Part shown: piece by piece, positions 10,334-19,375 of the stretch
Numbering within the stretch: the first letter of the stretch is position 1
How the letters are laid out: each line of letters opens with the position of its first letter
Assembly (NCBI GenBank): GCA_902567115.1
Contig: CACFLF010000001.1
Coordinates: 13,029-77,028 of the forward strand
DNA length: 64,000 bases
Reading direction: 5' to 3'
DNA from: an uncultured Alphaproteobacteria bacterium
Lineage (GTDB): Bacteria; Pseudomonadota; Alphaproteobacteria; Methylaequorales; Methylaequoraceae
Program-made: the position numbers and the translations under genes
Notes under the pieces: model-generated
What the model was told of the DNA's origin: nothing
The model's input: only the letters and a program-made list of their open reading frames with translations
The model's database searches: none

Positions 10334-11060
10334 AAAAGTAAAAATTTTACTTACAAGACCAGAAAAAGATGCTTTAAATTTTTCTAAATATTTAGATAAA
10401 AATTTTTTTGAGTACTATTTAGCTCCATTAATCCAAATAATTAAATGTAAATATGAGTTTGACAAAAATGTAGATTACGACTTTGTTTTATTTACAAGCA
10501 AAAATGGGTTGAGAAATTTTCAAAAGATAGAACATAAAAAAAAAATTTTTGTAATTGGTGATGGGACTTTTAATTTAGCAAAAAAAATTGGATATACTAA
10601 CGTTACCAACATTAAAGGTGACTCTAATGATTTGAAGATAAAGATGAAACCTTACTTGCAGCAAAATATCAAAATTCTTCATCCTACTTCAAAACCAAAA
10701 AACTCAGATTTAGACAATTTTTTTAGAAGTGAGGGTTGTTACTACAAACAAATAAGTTGCTACAAGTCTATTATGATTAATCAGAAGGCAGAAGTGTTTG
10801 AAAATTTTTTTAAGTCGTGTAAGGATGGGTTAATAACATTATTTTCAAGAAGAACGGCTATTTCTTTCAAAAAAGAATTGTCTAAGTTAGGCTTGATGCA
10901 AAACCACAGGGGAAAAAAGATTCTTACCTTAAGTGACTCAATCGCAGAAGAAATAAAAGAACTAAAATTTGAAAAGGTTTTTGTTTGTTCTCAACCCAAT
11001 GAAAGAGGCATGCTGAAATTAATAAGAGAAGTTTGCAAAAAGGAGAAGTTAGTTGAATGA
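10305..11060 (+). CDS. hemD: Uroporphyrinogen-III synthase (GTG start, overlaps hemC end)
   Basis: KILLTRPEKDA N-terminus typical of HemD; lies directly after hemC; 251 aa. Confidence 0.6.
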   Translation: MSKLEIKLDKKVKILLTRPEKDALNFSKYLDKNFFEYYLAPLIQIIKCKYEFDKNVDYDFVLFTSKNGLRNFQKIEHKKKIFVIGDGTFNLAKKIGYTNVTNIKGDSNDLKIKMKPYLQQNIKILHPTSKPKNSDLDNFFRSEGCYYKQISCYKSIMINQKAEVFENFFKSCKDGLITLFSRRTAISFKKELSKLGLMQNHRGKKILTLSDSIAEEIKELKFEKVFVCSQPNERGMLKLIREVCKKEKLVE

Positions 11061-12078
11061 GTCAAATAAATCTTCACCCCCAAAAGGTGATTTTATTGAT
11101 TTGGAGAAAAATCAGTACAAGAAGCGTAATAAAATCAAGAAATATATTATTATCATTCTCTCTATATTTATTCCTACAATCTTGATCTTTTTCTATATAA
11201 GTAATTTAAATGTAAATGATTTTATTTATAAAAATTCTGATAATAATGGATCAAGATCTACACAAGGGGTAGAAAAACAAAATTATAAAAAAGGCAGTGA
11301 TAATAATTTTAAAGACCAAATTACTTATTTAAATGAAAACATTGATCTTTTAAAGCAGGAATCATTTGAAAATACCGAAAAGCTGTCTATAGCAAATAGA
11401 AAAATTTTAGACTTAACTCAACAGCTAAATAATTACGAAAGCAGAAATTTAGTCAATTCAGAATTTTACTATGCTGAAAAATATATTATTTTAAATTGCT
11501 TGTTAAGTTTAAAAAATAAATTTGACAGAAGACAAAGTTTCAAGAAGGAATTAGATACTCTTATTTCAATTTTTAATAACAATCCTGAAATTAAAAGTAC
11601 TATTATAAATTTACAGGACATTGAACTCTCCAATGTAATTAAAGTTACAAATTTGTTAGATAGACTGAATGAAAAAATTAATTTTTATGATGTAGATATT
11701 GATAGATTTATAAATAAAAATTTTGATAAGACCTCAAGAGAATTCAGTGAGATCTTAAACTCAAGAGAAAACTTAGTAAACTACGTCAAGGAGATCTTTA
11801 ATAGTACTTATAAATTAACTAGAGTGAATGACTATTCAGACAAAAGTGAGAAGATTCCATATGAAATTTATAATTTCAGGCAGGTATTAGTAAAGGCAAA
11901 AGAATATCTAATTATTGGAAACTTAGAAGAAGCTCTTGGAATTTTTAAACTATCGAACATTGATGATAATGAAATTGATATTTGGGTTGAAGATGCTTCA
12001 AAACTCTCTAATATTCGAGGAAAATTAAGATTACTAGAATCGCAATTACTTGATATCGTAGGTGAAATTAGTGATTAA
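11053..12078 (+). CDS. HemX-like membrane-anchored coiled-coil protein
   Basis: One N-terminal TM helix (IIIILSIFIPTILIFFYI) followed by a long coiled-coil/low-complexity region. Sits between hemD and a HemY_N protein as in alphaproteobacterial hemCDXY loci. Confidence 0.45.
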   Translation: MNESNKSSPPKGDFIDLEKNQYKKRNKIKKYIIIILSIFIPTILIFFYISNLNVNDFIYKNSDNNGSRSTQGVEKQNYKKGSDNNFKDQITYLNENIDLLKQESFENTEKLSIANRKILDLTQQLNNYESRNLVNSEFYYAEKYIILNCLLSLKNKFDRRQSFKKELDTLISIFNNNPEIKSTIINLQDIELSNVIKVTNLLDRLNEKINFYDVDIDRFINKNFDKTSREFSEILNSRENLVNYVKEIFNSTYKLTRVNDYSDKSEKIPYEIYNFRQVLVKAKEYLIIGNLEEALGIFKLSNIDDNEIDIWVEDASKLSNIRGKLRLLESQLLDIVGEISD

Positions 12079-13387
12079 AGTTTTGAAACTTTTTCTAATT
12101 TTATTATTTACTTCTTCTGTTGTGGTTTGGTTATCTGAAAATCCTGGAAAAGTTGAGATATTTTGGGAAAATTATTTTTTTGAGACAAATCTTTTAGGCC
12201 TTATATTCATTTTTGTTGTTATTTTATTAACTTTTTCAATTGTCATATATACCTTCAGATCAATAAAAAATATACCTAAAAACTTTCGTATAAAAAGAAA
12301 TGAAAAATATCTAAAATTGGCAAATAAGAGCTTGGACAATATTGCTGATGCACTTTTGATAGGAGATTCAAGTAACATAGAAAAAAATTCTAGAATGCTT
12401 AAAAAGTATTTGAAAAATGATTTTTTTACTACTTTTATGCTATTTAATTCGTCTCTTATTAAAAACGATCTTAATGAATCATTAAAATACTTGAGAGTAT
12501 TAGAATCTATTCCTAGGGCTCAATATGTTGCTGAGAGAGGAAAAATAGTTTTGTTCTTAAAAAATAAAAATCAAAAGGAAGCAAAAGTTGCTCTTTTAAA
12601 TTTATGTAAAAAGTATCCTGACGACATCTGGTTTAATGAGAAGTTGTCGAGAATTTATGCATTTGAAAAAAACTGGAAGCTTGCTCATGATACGATCAAT
12701 AATTTAAAAAAAATTCCAGACCGACTTAAAAGTAATTTAGCCAATCTAAAGATTTTAATTGGAGCTGAAGCTCTAGATGCATATAAACTATGTAATAAGT
12801 CTGTACCAGTAGTAAACGAAACTATAAAATTTTACATTGATCAGCAAAATTTAAAAAAAGCTGTTGGAGTGTTGAGCACAACATGGAGTCAACTTCTATG
12901 TATTGATATTATTAAAACTTTCATGCAGTATAGGGCCCAAGGAGAAAAAGAAGCTTTAAAACGATACAGACTGATTGTTAAAACTTTAAAAAAACATGCT
13001 AATGAGAAATCTAATGAAACTAAGTTAAGCTTAGCATTTGCAAGTTTTGAAGCAAAAATTTGGGGAGAAGCTTTGAAATATCTAGATCAAATTAAAAAAA
13101 CCGAAAGGGATCATCGTGTAATTAGTTTATATAAAAAGATCTCTGAAAAAACTAAAGAACCACAAGTCTTCAGTGATGATGGAATTATTTTACCTGATCC
13201 AAAGTGGAAGTGCTCTACATGTAATTCTGAAAAAAAAGAATGGCAACTAACTTGTCAGAACTGCAGTGCATTTGGACAAATAATTTGGTCAAAAAGTAAA
13301 TTTGAGAAGCATACAGACATTGATTTTTTTAAAGAATTCTTACAAAATCCTCTTAGACATCTTCCACAGATGAAGAGAGAAAATTGA
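12062..13387 (+). CDS. HemY N-terminal domain / TPR protein with C-terminal zinc ribbon
   Basis: Two N-terminal TM helices and TPR-like repeats; C-terminal CSTCNSEKKEWQLTCQNCSAFG zinc-ribbon typical of alphaproteobacterial HemY-like proteins. Confidence 0.6.
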   Translation: MKLVIKVLKLFLILLFTSSVVVWLSENPGKVEIFWENYFFETNLLGLIFIFVVILLTFSIVIYTFRSIKNIPKNFRIKRNEKYLKLANKSLDNIADALLIGDSSNIEKNSRMLKKYLKNDFFTTFMLFNSSLIKNDLNESLKYLRVLESIPRAQYVAERGKIVLFLKNKNQKEAKVALLNLCKKYPDDIWFNEKLSRIYAFEKNWKLAHDTINNLKKIPDRLKSNLANLKILIGAEALDAYKLCNKSVPVVNETIKFYIDQQNLKKAVGVLSTTWSQLLCIDIIKTFMQYRAQGEKEALKRYRLIVKTLKKHANEKSNETKLSLAFASFEAKIWGEALKYLDQIKKTERDHRVISLYKKISEKTKEPQVFSDDGIILPDPKWKCSTCNSEKKEWQLTCQNCSAFGQIIWSKSKFEKHTDIDFFKEFLQNPLRHLPQMKREN

Positions 13388-13954
13388 AAGATAAGGAGAA
13401 TAATTTTCTTGAAAACTAATTTTTTTTTTTTCTAGTAAGTTCAATTTCTTGAGAGTTTTTTTTATTACAAGATCATTTTCAGGAAAAATATTTAATTTTT
13501 TGTAATAAAAAATAAGTATCATATTGCATGTCCATTGCCCTATTCCTCTATATCCTTGTAATAAAGAATTAATTTCAGCTTCAGTCTTTTTCAGAAGTAT
13601 ATGTTCGTCTATTTCTTTTTTTAACATTGCAATATATAGCTCCGATATATAGTAAATTTTTGATTTTGAAATCTTCGTTTTTATAAGAATTTTTTTTAAG
13701 TAACTCATATTTTTAAAACTTTTAATTGATATGGAATTTTTTTCTAGTTGAGAACATAATCTTTTCCATAATATTTCTGCCACTTCATTTGATATTTGTT
13801 GGGCTATAATTGTTTTGACCATGAAAGAAAATAAATCAATATTCTGTTTTGTTATTTTTAACACTCCATTATTACTGATTTCATTCTTTATAAATGGAAA
13901 TTTTCTACTTTTTTCAATTAGGAAATCGTGTATTTTTTCATTCTGAGATCCCAC
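13340..13954 (-). CDS. HhH-GPD superfamily DNA glycosylase (AlkA-like 3-methyladenine DNA glycosylase II)
   Basis: Helix-hairpin-helix GIGQWTCNMIL followed by PENDLVIKK (catalytic Asp region); 204 aa. Confidence 0.55.
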   Translation of the reverse strand: MGSQNEKIHDFLIEKSRKFPFIKNEISNNGVLKITKQNIDLFSFMVKTIIAQQISNEVAEILWKRLCSQLEKNSISIKSFKNMSYLKKILIKTKISKSKIYYISELYIAMLKKEIDEHILLKKTEAEINSLLQGYRGIGQWTCNMILIFYYKKLNIFPENDLVIKKTLKKLNLLEKKKISFQENYSPYLSIFSLHLWKMSKRIL

Positions 13955-14256
13955 TAGTTAACTTTCATAATTTTAGTTGGGTCATTCTTTTTATTTTTTC
14001 CTTCCTTTTTAATTAGATAAATATTTCTTGAATATATTAAAAAACCGCATGATTGCCCAACGATAAATACAGGATCAGCCTTATGAATTGCATAACTTAA
14101 CAAAATCATACTGCCAGCCAAACTTATCCACCAAAAAATGTTAGGAATTATACTTTTCGCTGCTCTTTCACTTACAACCCATTGTACAAGAAAGCGGGAT
14201 GCAAAAATTGTTTGACCAATAAATCCAATTATAAGCCAAATTTGTTCAGTCTCCAT
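13954..14256 (-). CDS. Lipid-A-disaccharide synthase N-terminal domain (LAB_N) small membrane protein
   Basis: 100 aa with ~3 TM helices (FASRFLVQW... pattern). Overlaps the upstream GT2 gene by 11 nt; this family is typically paired with ArnC/DPM1-like GT2 enzymes. Confidence 0.55.
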   Translation of the reverse strand: METEQIWLIIGFIGQTIFASRFLVQWVVSERAAKSIIPNIFWWISLAGSMILLSYAIHKADPVFIVGQSCGFLIYSRNIYLIKKEGKNKKNDPTKIMKVN

Positions 14257-14953
14257 TTTTTTCTCCTTTTTTTATTAAAAAATATACTTTGATTAAATCT
14301 ATAATACCCACCCAAAATCTATTATTAAAAGAATATTTTGATACGCCACTGTATCTTAATCTATCGTCAACCTGAACATTAAATATCTTACAATTGTTCA
14401 TTTTAAATAGTGCAGGAAGAAATCGATGCATATTCCTAAAATATTTTATTTTTAAATAATTAGAACGATTAAAAATTTTCAAAGCACAAGCTGTGTCATT
14501 ACAATCATCTTTTAGTAAAAATCTTCTTGTAGTATTTGCAACTTTTGAACTTAATCTTTTTATAAAAGTATCTTTCCTTATTTTTCTATTTCCACAAATG
14601 AGAGAATTATCTTGTTCTTTTTTTGATAAATTACGCCAAAAGGCCATCATTTTTTTAACTTCATATGGAGGGTTTTGTCCGTCTCCATCCATAATACAAA
14701 TTAAATTATTTCTTGCATTTGAGATACCAGTTAACATTGCTCTACATTTTCCAAGATTTTTTTTGTGTCGAAGAATTTTTACCTTTAACTTTTTTAATTC
14801 ATTTCTTTGTTTATAGAAATCGTCATTGCTTCCGTCATCAACTATAATTAATTCTGGAGTATTTTTTTTAAATTCGGACTGTATTTCTTTGATTAAATCA
14901 AATATTGACCCAGATTCGTTATAAATTGGTATGATTATACTAAAATTTTTCAT
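14246..14953 (-). CDS. Family 2 glycosyltransferase, polyprenyl-phosphate sugar transferase type (ArnC/DPM1-like)
   Basis: FSIIIPIYNE...IIVDDGSNDD (GT2 DXD) N-terminus; 235 aa. Confidence 0.8.
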   Translation of the reverse strand: MKNFSIIIPIYNESGSIFDLIKEIQSEFKKNTPELIIVDDGSNDDFYKQRNELKKLKVKILRHKKNLGKCRAMLTGISNARNNLICIMDGDGQNPPYEVKKMMAFWRNLSKKEQDNSLICGNRKIRKDTFIKRLSSKVANTTRRFLLKDDCNDTACALKIFNRSNYLKIKYFRNMHRFLPALFKMNNCKIFNVQVDDRLRYSGVSKYSFNNRFWVGIIDLIKVYFLIKKGEKNGD

Positions 14954-15004
14954 TTTCGGATGTTATGATATTTTTTAAATCTAATCTAGTGAGCGTATAT
15001 AGCA

Positions 15005-16609
15005 ATGAATATTTCTTTTAATAAAAGATTTCTTTTTTTCTTATTTATTTGTTTTTTAATCTATCTTCAGGGGATTTTTAAACTTCCAGTAATGGATAGA
15101 GATGAAGCACGTTTTGCAACTGCGTCTAAAACAATGCTAATTGAAAAGGATTTTATTGACATAAAAATGGTAGAAGAAAAAAGATATAAAAAGCCAATCG
15201 GTATTTATTGGACGCAATCGTTAATGAATTCAATTTTTGGAAGTTATCCATATGATAAAATTTCGATATATAGATTACCATCGATATTAGGAGTTTTTAT
15301 AAGCTTCTTTTTAATTTTTGTAATTATTAGAAATATTGAAAATGAATCAATAGCATTCTTGACTGTATTTTTTTTAATTTTTTCTTTTCTAACAATATCT
15401 GAAATTCATCAGGCAAAAACTGATGGTTTGCTATTCTTTTTTATAGGAATATGTAACTTGATAATCTACAAACTTATCAATTTTAGAAACCTGAGTTTTC
15501 CAAATAAAATATTTTTTTGGATTGCGATGTCTTTCGGTATCTTAATTAAAGGACCTATCATAATAATTTTTACATTTTTTCCATTAATAATTTTTTCTAT
15601 TTTAAGAAAAAAAAATCTTATAAAAAACATTTGGTCAACTTTTGGATTTGTTCTTTTACTTTTTATTACAATTCCATGGTTTGTTTTGATAAATATTAAA
15701 TCAGGAGGTGCTTTTTGGTATGAGTCGGTCGGCAACGATTTATTCAATAAAGTAAAATCAGGTCAGGAGTCACATGGTTTTCCTCCAGGGTATTATTCAC
15801 TATTGCTTTTTATTTTTTTTTGGCCTGGGTCTATTTTTATAATTAATCTTTTTTTACAAATGAAAGAAAGATTAAAGTATATCCTTAAAAAGGACGACTT
15901 TTTACTTTATCTAATAATAAGTTTTGGTTTCCCCTTAATTATTTTTGAGCTAGTTCCAACTAAATTACCTCATTACATATATCCTGCTTACCTTCCATTA
16001 AGTATTTTAGTTGCAAAGTTTATTGTTGAATGTGATTATAACAAAAAGTTAATGAAATTTTCATTATTTCCAATTGTATTGTTTCCTCTAACGATAATTT
16101 CATTAATAACATTTTCAATACATCAGTTTTCAGAATTTGATGTTAACTTTGTGTTTATTATAATTTTATATTTAATCCTTTCTTTGTTTCTTTTAAAAGA
16201 AACTTTAAAAAAAAATATTAAATCAGTTTTAATTTCTTCTGGATGTTTTCAAATTTTTACTTACTTTGTATTAATTTTTTTTCTCTTACCAAGATTGGAA
16301 GTTTTGTGGATTTCAGATAGGATAAATATGATAATGAAAAAACACGAGAGTAGTGTTGAAAAAATCTTTACAGTTGGTTTCAATGAACCCAGTTTACTAT
16401 TTCTAACTTCACATAGATCTTCAAACTCATCCAGTATTTTAAGTTATAAGAAAGGGGAAGAAGAAAAAATTTTACTTATTGTTACCGATAAAATAAGTAA
16501 AAATATAAAAGATAATGAAAATTTTTCTGAATTTTTACTAATCGAAGAATTCACAGGTTTTAATTATTCAAAAGGTGAAAGTGTTATTTTTAAGGTTTAT
16601 AAAAATTGA
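15005..16609 (+). CDS. ArnT/PMT-family (GT83/GT39-like) integral membrane glycosyltransferase
   Basis: 534 aa, >10 TM helices; first periplasmic loop VMDRDEARFATASKTM carries the DE motif of ArnT/PMT enzymes. Confidence 0.7.
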   Translation: MNISFNKRFLFFLFICFLIYLQGIFKLPVMDRDEARFATASKTMLIEKDFIDIKMVEEKRYKKPIGIYWTQSLMNSIFGSYPYDKISIYRLPSILGVFISFFLIFVIIRNIENESIAFLTVFFLIFSFLTISEIHQAKTDGLLFFFIGICNLIIYKLINFRNLSFPNKIFFWIAMSFGILIKGPIIIIFTFFPLIIFSILRKKNLIKNIWSTFGFVLLLFITIPWFVLINIKSGGAFWYESVGNDLFNKVKSGQESHGFPPGYYSLLLFIFFWPGSIFIINLFLQMKERLKYILKKDDFLLYLIISFGFPLIIFELVPTKLPHYIYPAYLPLSILVAKFIVECDYNKKLMKFSLFPIVLFPLTIISLITFSIHQFSEFDVNFVFIIILYLILSLFLLKETLKKNIKSVLISSGCFQIFTYFVLIFFLLPRLEVLWISDRINMIMKKHESSVEKIFTVGFNEPSLLFLTSHRSSNSSSILSYKKGEEEKILLIVTDKISKNIKDNENFSEFLLIEEFTGFNYSKGESVIFKVYKN

Positions 16610-17388
16610 TTGTTAAAGATTTAAAAGACCTTAATTTTTTAACATCAGTTAGATTTTTTGTATATGTAACTTTAATAATTTTAATTTTTTTTAATTTCCT
16701 AGATATTTTTTTATTTGAATTGTCAAGGTCTTTTCCAGGACTAATTTTTAATTTTTTTAAGGAGGTGATTGACCCAATTTCTGATATTTTGGACCCATTA
16801 AATTTTATTATTTTGTTTTCTTTGATTTTATTTGTAAATTTGAATGTTAAGTCCATTTTGAATGATAAGAAGAAGTATTCCGTAATTAAAGATAAGACAA
16901 ATTACAATCGAGAAAAGATAGAAGACCTCTTTATTTATATTTCGTTAGTGTCTAAACATTTTATATTTTCTCTAGCTTTAGCTGGAATAATTTGTAATAT
17001 TCTTAAGTATATATTTGGAGTGTCACGTCCTAAATATTTTTTCTTAGAGGGATACGAAAGATTTAATTTTTTTAATTTCGAGCACAAAATAAGCTCATTT
17101 CCATCAGGACACACTCAAGCAGCATTTACTTTGGCTTTGTTATTTATAATTTATTTTAGAAGGTATTTTTTAATTATTATATTAATAGCAACGATGATGG
17201 GATTATCGAGAATATTCATGTCAATGCACTTTCCAAGTGATTTAGTCGCTGGAGCATATTTAGGATCTATTGTTCCTATTTTATTTTATGATAAATTTTT
17301 TAAAAAGAAGATTGAGAAAATAAAAGAAAAACATAAATTTTCCTTTATTGATCTTTTTAAATTAATGTACTGGAGGATATTTATATGA
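16606..17388 (+). CDS. PAP2-family lipid phosphatase (LpxE/LpxF-like candidate)
   Basis: PAP2 motifs KxxxxxxRP (SRPKYFF), PSGH (FPSGHTQAA) and SRxxxxxHxxxD (SRIFMSMHFPSD); overlaps the ArnT-like gene by 4 nt (operon). Confidence 0.8.
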   Translation: MIVKDLKDLNFLTSVRFFVYVTLIILIFFNFLDIFLFELSRSFPGLIFNFFKEVIDPISDILDPLNFIILFSLILFVNLNVKSILNDKKKYSVIKDKTNYNREKIEDLFIYISLVSKHFIFSLALAGIICNILKYIFGVSRPKYFFLEGYERFNFFNFEHKISSFPSGHTQAAFTLALLFIIYFRRYFLIIILIATMMGLSRIFMSMHFPSDLVAGAYLGSIVPILFYDKFFKKKIEKIKEKHKFSFIDLFKLMYWRIFI

Positions 17389-17699
17389 AAATAATTCTTT
17401 TTCTCGTATTTTTTTTTCTTGGTTCGTACTCAAACAATACCCTTTCTGCTCATTGGTGCAAAGTTGTTTACAATCAAAATACATCTGATGGAAAAATAAA
17501 AGAAGATTTGGCTAAATGCAAAAACTCTGACAATTTATTTATTGCAATTCATTCAGGTTTTCAGAATGCAGGACATCTTTTAAATTCAATGATTGCAGAA
17601 AATTGTGATATTAGAAGAAATGTACTATCAACTCAACCAAGATCAGATGATCCTTATTTTACAGCTGTGTGTGAATTCAGAAAACACTTATTAAGATAA
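17385..17699 (+). CDS. Small secreted Cys-containing hypothetical protein (104 aa)
   Basis: Signal-peptide-like N-terminus MKIILFLVFFFLGSYSNNTLSA; 4 Cys; ATGA overlap with the PAP2 stop implies co-translation in the same operon. Confidence 0.45.
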   Translation: MKIILFLVFFFLGSYSNNTLSAHWCKVVYNQNTSDGKIKEDLAKCKNSDNLFIAIHSGFQNAGHLLNSMIAENCDIRRNVLSTQPRSDDPYFTAVCEFRKHLLR

Positions 17700-17911
17700 A
17701 ACTAAACATTTTTACGATATGTCGTATTAATTATTATGTTGAACTTAATTCAAAATCTTAGATTTGACAGAAACAGAAGTAAATCTAGTTTTTCATTTAA
17801 AAAGGATCTTGAAAATTATAATACCTCGGAGTTACTAACTTCGGGAACATCTGAAAATTTGGACATTAAATGTCTTTCAACTCACTGGATATCAATTTAC
17901 AGAAAACAATA

Positions 17912-17933
17912 AAACCCTAGTAAACTAGGGTTT
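17912..17933. terminator. Perfect palindromic hairpin (9-bp stem AAACCCTAG / CTAGGGTTT, loop TAAA) flanked by A-run and T-run; bidirectional intrinsic terminator candidate
   Basis: Read directly: ...caataAAACCCTAGtaaaCTAGGGTTTtattgg. One of the few GC-containing stems in this AT-rich window; it lies 213 bp after the last gene of the ArnT-PAP2 operon. Confidence 0.55.
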
Positions 17934-18118
17934 TATTGGAGGAAATTAAAATAGACTTGAAACTAGCAGTAACAAAAATATTGATGAGAATGTTATTGCA
18001 CAAAATTTTGTTATTATCATACTAGTTCAGTATCAATATATAGTAATAAAGATTGAAAGTCAAACAATATATTGATTTATTTTGTTTAATTTTCTTTTTT
18101 TTTTCATAATATTATTTT

Positions 18119-19375
18119 ATGAGGAACGTTAAGATTGCTGTAGTCGGTAGTGGTATATCAGGTCTATCATGTGCATATTATTTGTCTAAGAATTATAAAG
18201 TAGATCTTTTTGAAAAAAACTCCTATTTTGGTGGACATACCCACACACAAACAATCAAATATAGAGGGAAAAATATAAATGTTGATTCAGGTTTTATTGT
18301 ATTCAACGAAATTAACTACCCAAATCTATGCAACCTTTTTGAGGAGTTAAATGTCAAATCTTATGAAAGTGATATGTCTTTTGCTGTATCAAATAAGATT
18401 GATAATATCGAATATTCAGGAACGAGTTTATCATCATTATTTTCTCAAAAGAAAAATTTGCTAAATTTAAGTTTCTGGAAAATGTTGTGTGAAATTGTTT
18501 CTTTTAATTTGTTAGCTAAAAAGCATATAAGAAAATATAAAAATTATACAATTCAAGAATACTTGGATTTAAAAAACTATTCTGATTATTATAAATATAA
18601 ACATCTTTATCCAATGGCAGCTAGTATCTGGTCCTCTGAAATCAATGAAATTAAAAAATATCCATTTGAGAAGTTTGTAATGTTTTTTGTAAATCACGGG
18701 CTTCTGAAAATTATTAATCGTCCAAAATGGAGAACTGTTTTGGATGGAAGTAAAAAATATGTTGAAAAAATTCTTGAGTCAAAAAATATCTCAGCTCATA
18801 AAAATAGCTCTGTAAAATTCTTATATAGCAAAGAAAATAAAATTTTTCTCGATGTGAAAGGTAAAAAAAAAGAATATGACCATCTCGTAATTGCAGTTCA
18901 TTCAGATCAGGTAAAAAAAATAATCAATTTAAAAAAAGAAGAGAAAGAGATGTTTGACGAAATAAGGTATACCAAAAATGAGGTTTACGTACATTCTGAC
19001 AATAAACTAATGCCAGAATCTAGAAAAGCGTGGTCAAGCTGGAATTATATTGAAAATAAAACTAGTAAAAGAGGAGTAAACGTTACATATTGGATGAATA
19101 AACTTCAAAAACTAAATACTAGATTAAATATTTTTGTTTCTCTTAATCCCTCAATTTTACCATCTAAGGAAAAAATATTTAAAAAAATATATTATGACCA
19201 TCCATTGTTTGATTTAAATACATTTGAAAATCAAAAAAAAATAACAACAATACAAGGAAACAAAAACATATGGTTTTGTGGAGCATACCTAGGTTATGGT
19301 TTTCATGAGGACGGAATTACTTCAGCGTTGCATGTTGTGAAAAGAATATTAGAAAGAAACAGTGAAAAAAATTAA
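18119..19375 (+). CDS. FAD/NAD(P)-binding amine-oxidase-like oxidoreductase (COG2907 type)
   Basis: VKIAVVGSGISGLSCAYYL dinucleotide-binding motif; first gene of a cfa-like cluster (oxidoreductase-DUF1365-CFA synthase). Confidence 0.8.
   Translation: MRNVKIAVVGSGISGLSCAYYLSKNYKVDLFEKNSYFGGHTHTQTIKYRGKNINVDSGFIVFNEINYPNLCNLFEELNVKSYESDMSFAVSNKIDNIEYSGTSLSSLFSQKKNLLNLSFWKMLCEIVSFNLLAKKHIRKYKNYTIQEYLDLKNYSDYYKYKHLYPMAASIWSSEINEIKKYPFEKFVMFFVNHGLLKIINRPKWRTVLDGSKKYVEKILESKNISAHKNSSVKFLYSKENKIFLDVKGKKKEYDHLVIAVHSDQVKKIINLKKEEKEMFDEIRYTKNEVYVHSDNKLMPESRKAWSSWNYIENKTSKRGVNVTYWMNKLQKLNTRLNIFVSLNPSILPSKEKIFKKIYYDHPLFDLNTFENQKKITTIQGNKNIWFCGAYLGYGFHEDGITSALHVVKRILERNSEKN

Noticed and set aside
13340-13387. 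48-nt convergent overlap of hemY-like and AlkA-like gene ends as a possible frameshift or pseudogene
   Set aside because: Both reading frames stay intact, and the C-terminal residues are plausible for both. Overlap of this kind is pervasive in this compact window, so it is not evidence of decay.
16590-16856. 88-aa minus-strand ORF spanning the ArnT-like/PAP2 junction
   Set aside because: It is antisense to two well-supported overlapping genes and is Lys/Ile low complexity.
17820-17850. Possible second stem-loop (cctcggagttactaacttcggg) in the 17700-17940 spacer
   Set aside because: On checking, the two arms are not complementary (ctcggag versus cttcggg), so it is not a real hairpin.
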